Shown in pieces: positions 60,401-64,000 of a stretch of 64,000 nucleotides of DNA. Under the pieces are notes generated by a model, which ran no database searches, was not told the origin of the DNA, and worked only from the letters and a program-made list of their open reading frames with translations. A program made the position numbers and the translations under genes. The DNA is from Phoronis australis (taxonomy: Eukaryota > Animalia > Phoronida): assembly GCA_002633005.1 (NCBI GenBank), contig NMRA01000212.1, forward strand, positions 237,312 to 301,311, in the 5' to 3' direction. The number at the start of each line of letters is the position of its first letter. Within the stretch, counting starts at the first letter, position 1.

Positions 60401-63120
60401 GAAGCACCTGAGTAAAACCAAGGAGCAAATTCATCATACCGAGTGAAGTTTGAATAATTCAATATATAAGATGCAGACTAACTTATTTATTTTTCAAATG
60501 AAAAGTACTAAAAATGAAAAAAAATTCACAAATAATGCCCAGTTTAAAACCTTCATTCAAGGGACACCTGTCAGCGTTTAAGACAAATGATTCGGAGCGA
60601 AACAACAAGTTTATTGAAATAATATTTGAAATTATTCCGAATATATTTACAACAGGTGCATGGATCTCAACACACACACATTTCCAAAATATACTTTTAA
60701 AAGCATTGTATGTAATGCACATCTTATCCATAACGATAGCAAATAAAACTTAACAGACATTGTGGTGATGGTAGTGATAACTAGCATTTAAGGTAATTGC
60801 TGCCATCTATTGAGTTCAACAATTAATTTCAAGTACTGAAAAAATTAAACAAATCATCATCTGACCACCAAAAAAGCTCTTACTTCCGTCAAATCTGAAT
60901 GATGTTGCGGTAATGATGAACAGTCAATAATAGGAGCCAGAACAGAGAGAGTGGACACAAGTTGAAAGGTCATCTGTAAAGAACAAAAGCTATGTAATCA
61001 CAGCAAACAACAGATGTCAGTAGTGTTGCAGTTAAAGGCATATTCTAAGACTCTTCCCACCTTTATACAAGTGTCTACAAGGATCATAAGCGCAGTCTGC
61101 CCGCCCACTCATAAAATAGGGTCCTTTTAATGCAAATAAAGAATTAGCTCCTGAAACCATTCCCGGTCAAATGATTAGAATTAGACTTAACTAAACAAAA
61201 TGTAGGAGTTAACTATTATCCAGCAATCAATCCCAGAGTCAAATAACCCCCCATAGACCTTAGGTTAAGTGTTTGCTACAGTTGGTTGTCTAGCAATAAT
61301 TTCAAAGAACGAATCATGAGCGCTTATTTGTGAAACACGTTACTTTTCAGTCGTCATGCTGGTCTTCAGAGGTTTTTCTTTCAAGTTTTACACTCACAAA
61401 TCAAATTTCTAGAGCTTAAACCCCCCCCCCCCGCTCCCCGAGAGCATTACTTTAAAGGAAAAAGCTAATTAAACGCTTTTGGCATGACATTCACTAAAAG
61501 TAAATCACCATCTATGCTATTACACATATTTTAATGAAATGTTGATGACTGTTCTTCACAACCTTGTTATAATAATGCATACAACATTTAATGGTGAAAT
61601 GGCATACTTGGTGTAACTGTCATGTTTTTGCATTCAATTAACCACTGAGCAAGCACAATGACTGAGAGAACTCAGTTTGTGATCATTTCAGTTTGGTTGA
61701 GGAAATGCACTACAGGTGTCACCTATGTCACTTCACAAAGAAGCAGACACAGTCTCTCAGAAAACCATGATTTGCATTTTTAGTCTAAAACAAAATTTAC
61801 ATTTGACTGCCAATTACAAAATTACACTAATTGTGAGTGGCCAAGAGTCATTTAGACATTTGCTAAGTTTCAATAATTCTTAGCAGCATCAGAACAACAT
61901 TTGAAGTTGCCAAAAACCAAAACACTATATCACAGATACAATACACGCCTGATGGCATTATCCACATACCAGTGTCTTGCGGAAGTCGTTGTAGTCAACG
62001 CCTGGAAGGGAAAGCGTCAGGAGAGGAATAACGTGGCTTCTACCCTCAGGATACCAACGGATGCTGGAGACCATTGGGCGGGCTACAGCAACAATACATT
62101 GAAGACATGACAACAGGCGGTGAGGTTCTGTCAGCGTCTCCAGAGCAGGGTACATCCTACGTCACAGAAAAGTTGGTGTGTAAATCTCAGAGCTCACGGA
62201 GATCTCATACACATAGTATAGGAACAACAGCTGATTAAGATGGGGTTAAGCCCATGAGATTTTTAACCACTAAGCTATCAAGTGCACTGGATGGAAAGAA
62301 AACATCACGAGCAGACATGATAAGTAATGCCTTTAGCACAAGTAAATATTCTACAGACATCTAAACAGCTTACTTTTCCAACAAGGATGGTATGACCAAC
62401 TCTGGTCTGAGTAGAGACAGCTGCTGCAGTGTAGATGCGGATTCCTGAGTTCCCAGTTTACTGAACATTGCTAGATAAGCGACGGGTTTAACGCTCTCAA
62501 CAAACTGTGTTATGTCATCATCAGACAGCTTTTTATCCTCAGCGATCTGTAGTTCCCATGATGGCTTCTTGTATCGCTCCCTACGTTCAGTAATTGAAAA
62601 AACAAATACAGCAGCTGCAACATCAAAAGTATCTTTTACAGCACATTTCATTCTCTGGTATGCCTGTATTAGAAATTGCAAAATCTGAATGAGTTTGATT
62701 CACAACAATAAATCAGTTTTACCTAAGGTGAAAGCAATCTTCATTAACAATAGTCTGCACTATGACAATGCCAAGCAAAGCAAGCTTAGAGCCCCAACGC
62801 CCTATCCTTTGTTGACTCTTAAGAAAAAAATTGTTACACTTATGGATTAGACCTCTCACCACTGTAAAAGTGTGATTAGTAGTGATTTATGGGCTCAAAC
62901 TGCTACTGCTGAAGACTGAATAAGACAAGTAGCCCAGTTTTGCACCTAAAGCAATATGGCTGTTACTCCAACAAAGAACAGACTGGTTTCACACCTCAAC
63001 ATCAGATGGGGCTACTTCTTGATGTTTAGCCACTTAAAATGACACGGTAGACCCTACTCACCTGTGAACTCTGATCACCACAGACTGTGCAAGCTTGAAT
63101 AGCATTCTGTTCAGTTTTAG
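36464..63120 (-). CDS. PSME4: Proteasome activator complex subunit 4 (PA200/Blm10), 5'-partial; 36 exons, 1474 aa in window
   Basis: Exons in transcript order: 63120-63062, 62580-62374, 62156-61970, 60973-60884, 60259-60195, 59496-59361, 59128-59030, 58251-58182, 57658-57591, 56175-55960, 55439-55285, 54843-54751, 54355-54297, 53537-53475, 52911-52856, 52458-52360, 51162-51100, 50059-49964, 49453-49325, 48574-48383, 48114-47981, 47047-46994, 46581-46452, 45175-44946, 44664-44469, 44033-43869, 43645-43449, 42774-42643, 42253-42120, 40772-40695, 40140-40064, 39776-39651, 39169-39017, 37761-37687, 37075-36869, 36598-36464. All GT-AG, 4425 nt in frame. Diagnostic peptides: [72 protein letters not shown]-terminus [36 protein letters not shown]. 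Confidence 0.97.
37163..37281. mobile_element. Small diverged inverted-repeat element (MITE-like)
   Basis: gtatgccgtgtcaagtgggtcaac versus gtttgacccaattgaactgaggcatgc. Confidence 0.45.
38356..38732. other. Assembly gap (N run) inside a PSME4 intron
   Basis: N run; flanking exons join in frame (DDQLE|VRELAAETL), so no coding exon is needed in the gap. Confidence 1.
40607..40695. repeat. Diverged ~27-30-bp tandem repeat abutting a PSME4 splice donor
   Basis: Units acacaaac...aggctgtgactg(c/a)a repeated about 3 times, ending in acacatacc (reverse complement of the donor). Confidence 0.6.
41030..41210 (-). mobile_element. tRNA-derived SINE, most complete copy in the window
   Basis: Minus strand reads ggtcgcgaTGGCTCCATGaactagggcgtctgcacgtttagcggaagatcccaGGTTCAAGGCCcggttggagc (A-box-like and B-box GTTCRANNC), followed by a body shared with 33545-33612 and 48118-48200. 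Confidence 0.7.
45680..46310. mobile_element. Interspersed repeat fragment, family unassigned
   Basis: aatgtggccaaatttg...actttatgtctcagaaatggctgatcgtattcatatgaaactt resembles the reverse complement of about 55815-55890; boundaries uncertain. Confidence 0.45.
47366..47980. repeat. 307-bp tandem duplication split by a single N (47366-47672 and 47674-47980); probable assembly overlap
   Basis: Copies differ at only about 2 positions (gttca/gttcg; caactaaag/caacaaaag). Confidence 0.9.
48118..48200 (+). mobile_element. 5'-truncated tRNA-derived SINE copy directly abutting a PSME4 splice acceptor
   Basis: gggattcgaaccccggtcggggcagagatc...aggtcacgtgatgtggtcaacatatggcgcgta aligns with ggttcaaggcccggttggagcaaaaatc...aggttatgtgatgtgaccaacaggtggcatgca of the 41-kb copy. 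Confidence 0.65.
50655..50825. mobile_element. Reverse-oriented degraded copy of the 27838-28090 MITE family
   Basis: tcacaccaatgtaggacac, agataagcagcaccaaata and aaatttgtggacatt match that element's reverse complement. Confidence 0.6.
50841..51030. repeat. 21-bp minisatellite (CAACACTACTGAGAAACATCT), about 9 copies
   Basis: Read directly; inner copies near-identical, outer copies degenerate. Confidence 0.95.
56286..57090. mobile_element. PIF/Harbinger-type MITE, 805 bp, ~40-bp TIRs, TTA target-site duplication
   Basis: TTA|GGGCTGTTCCAGcAAAATCtGTaTGGGAGGGGGG ... CCCCCCTCCCAcACgGATTTTaCTGGAACAGCCC|TTA; AT-rich non-coding interior. Confidence 0.85.
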
Positions 63121-64000
63121 CTAGAACATTAAACAAGGTATTGTAATAATACAGAGTATCTGATATCCAATAATATTACAACCCGGTATAGAGCCTTAGT
63201 GAATAAAGTGACAAAATAAAAAAATTCAGTAGTAACAAACTCCAGCAGGTCTTTAGCCTTACTCAGATATCTTTTATTAACAAGCACCACATGTACGTCA
63301 GTAATAATTTACATTCATTGACAAAACAAAAACATTTCTTCATTATGAAAACATGTTGCTAAAAAGATTCACAGAATTGCTTTCAGTGTTCTCCACAACC
63401 TGTTTAGGCTCGTCACTGCTGGAAGTTTGAATTTTGCTGTGATGACTTTGACTTACTTGCATCGAGTTTGAAAACCTGTGTAATGTGTTTGAAGTATTGG
63501 TAGATTAGCCAGTTCTTAAGCAAATTGAGACATTTTGGAATTTTGGTACCAGTTCAATAGCTTTATTCCAAGACTTAACACACACACTTCCCATAGTATG
63601 GTCATGGACTTTCAAATATGTGAATGAACTTTGTAATTCCAATCTAGTTTGAATTTTCTGTTGTGAAGAATATTGACTTTAAAATCGTTTAAGAAACGCT
63701 AAATGACCAGTCACTGAATGCTGTGAACTCTCTCTCATTCAATATTCACCTTTAGTGACTTCGTGTGATTGCATACAATTCATACATTAAGGAGTTAAGT
63801 TCCTCTTACATTGTTGCTAATGACGATTTAGTGATGAGATCGAAACGCAGATGATAAATTTTTAAAATTTTTAGTTAAAAAGTAAAGCCCTAAATGATAA
63901 ATAGTCAAGCAACTATACTCATTAGCACTTTGATTCATCACATGTTGCGCAATGCATGGACACAAATCAATGCATGTAAACAAGTAAAACCTGACGTTTC

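Noticed and set aside
36464-63120. Minor-spliceosome (U12) or GC-AG introns
   Set aside because: All reconstructed introns in the three genes start GT and end AG, and none begins with the U12 donor GTATCCTT or ATATCCTT.
63828-63850. Second hammerhead-like motif (gtgatgagatcgaaacgc)
   Set aside because: Positions 3 and 8 are both G and cannot pair, helix II is essentially absent, and there is no UH cleavage site or helix I.

Overview
Eukaryotic, AT-rich, intron-rich draft-assembly sequence from an invertebrate animal (taxon not determinable from the window); it is not prokaryotic, so most short ORFs in the supplied track are exon fragments or noise. Hand-splicing with GT-AG sites and consistent phases gives four protein-coding units: (1) the last exon (49-553, +) of an upstream gene encoding a tyrosine-motif-rich, probably cytoplasmic tail; (2) a complete 11-exon minus-strand gene (8991->1623, 667 aa) made of repeats resembling the ciliary microtubule-inner protein TEX45/SAXO5; (3) a complete 21-exon NEK9 orthologue (12997->34507, +, 853 aa); (4) 36 exons (1474 aa, 5' end outside the window) of the proteasome activator PSME4/PA200 on the minus strand, convergent with NEK9. 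Introns hold many MITEs (some nested), a tRNA-derived SINE family, minisatellites, three N gaps and at least one assembly-overlap artefact. I see no evidence for a new multi-gene system. The best leads are small: a Penelope-type foldback with a minimal hammerhead carrying a compensatory G3:C8 core, a SINE fragment sitting directly at a constitutive PSME4 3' splice site, competing acceptors inside the NEK9 NEK6/7-docking motif, and the short invertebrate NEK9 C-terminus. All alignments were done by eye and human comparisons are from memory, not database searches.
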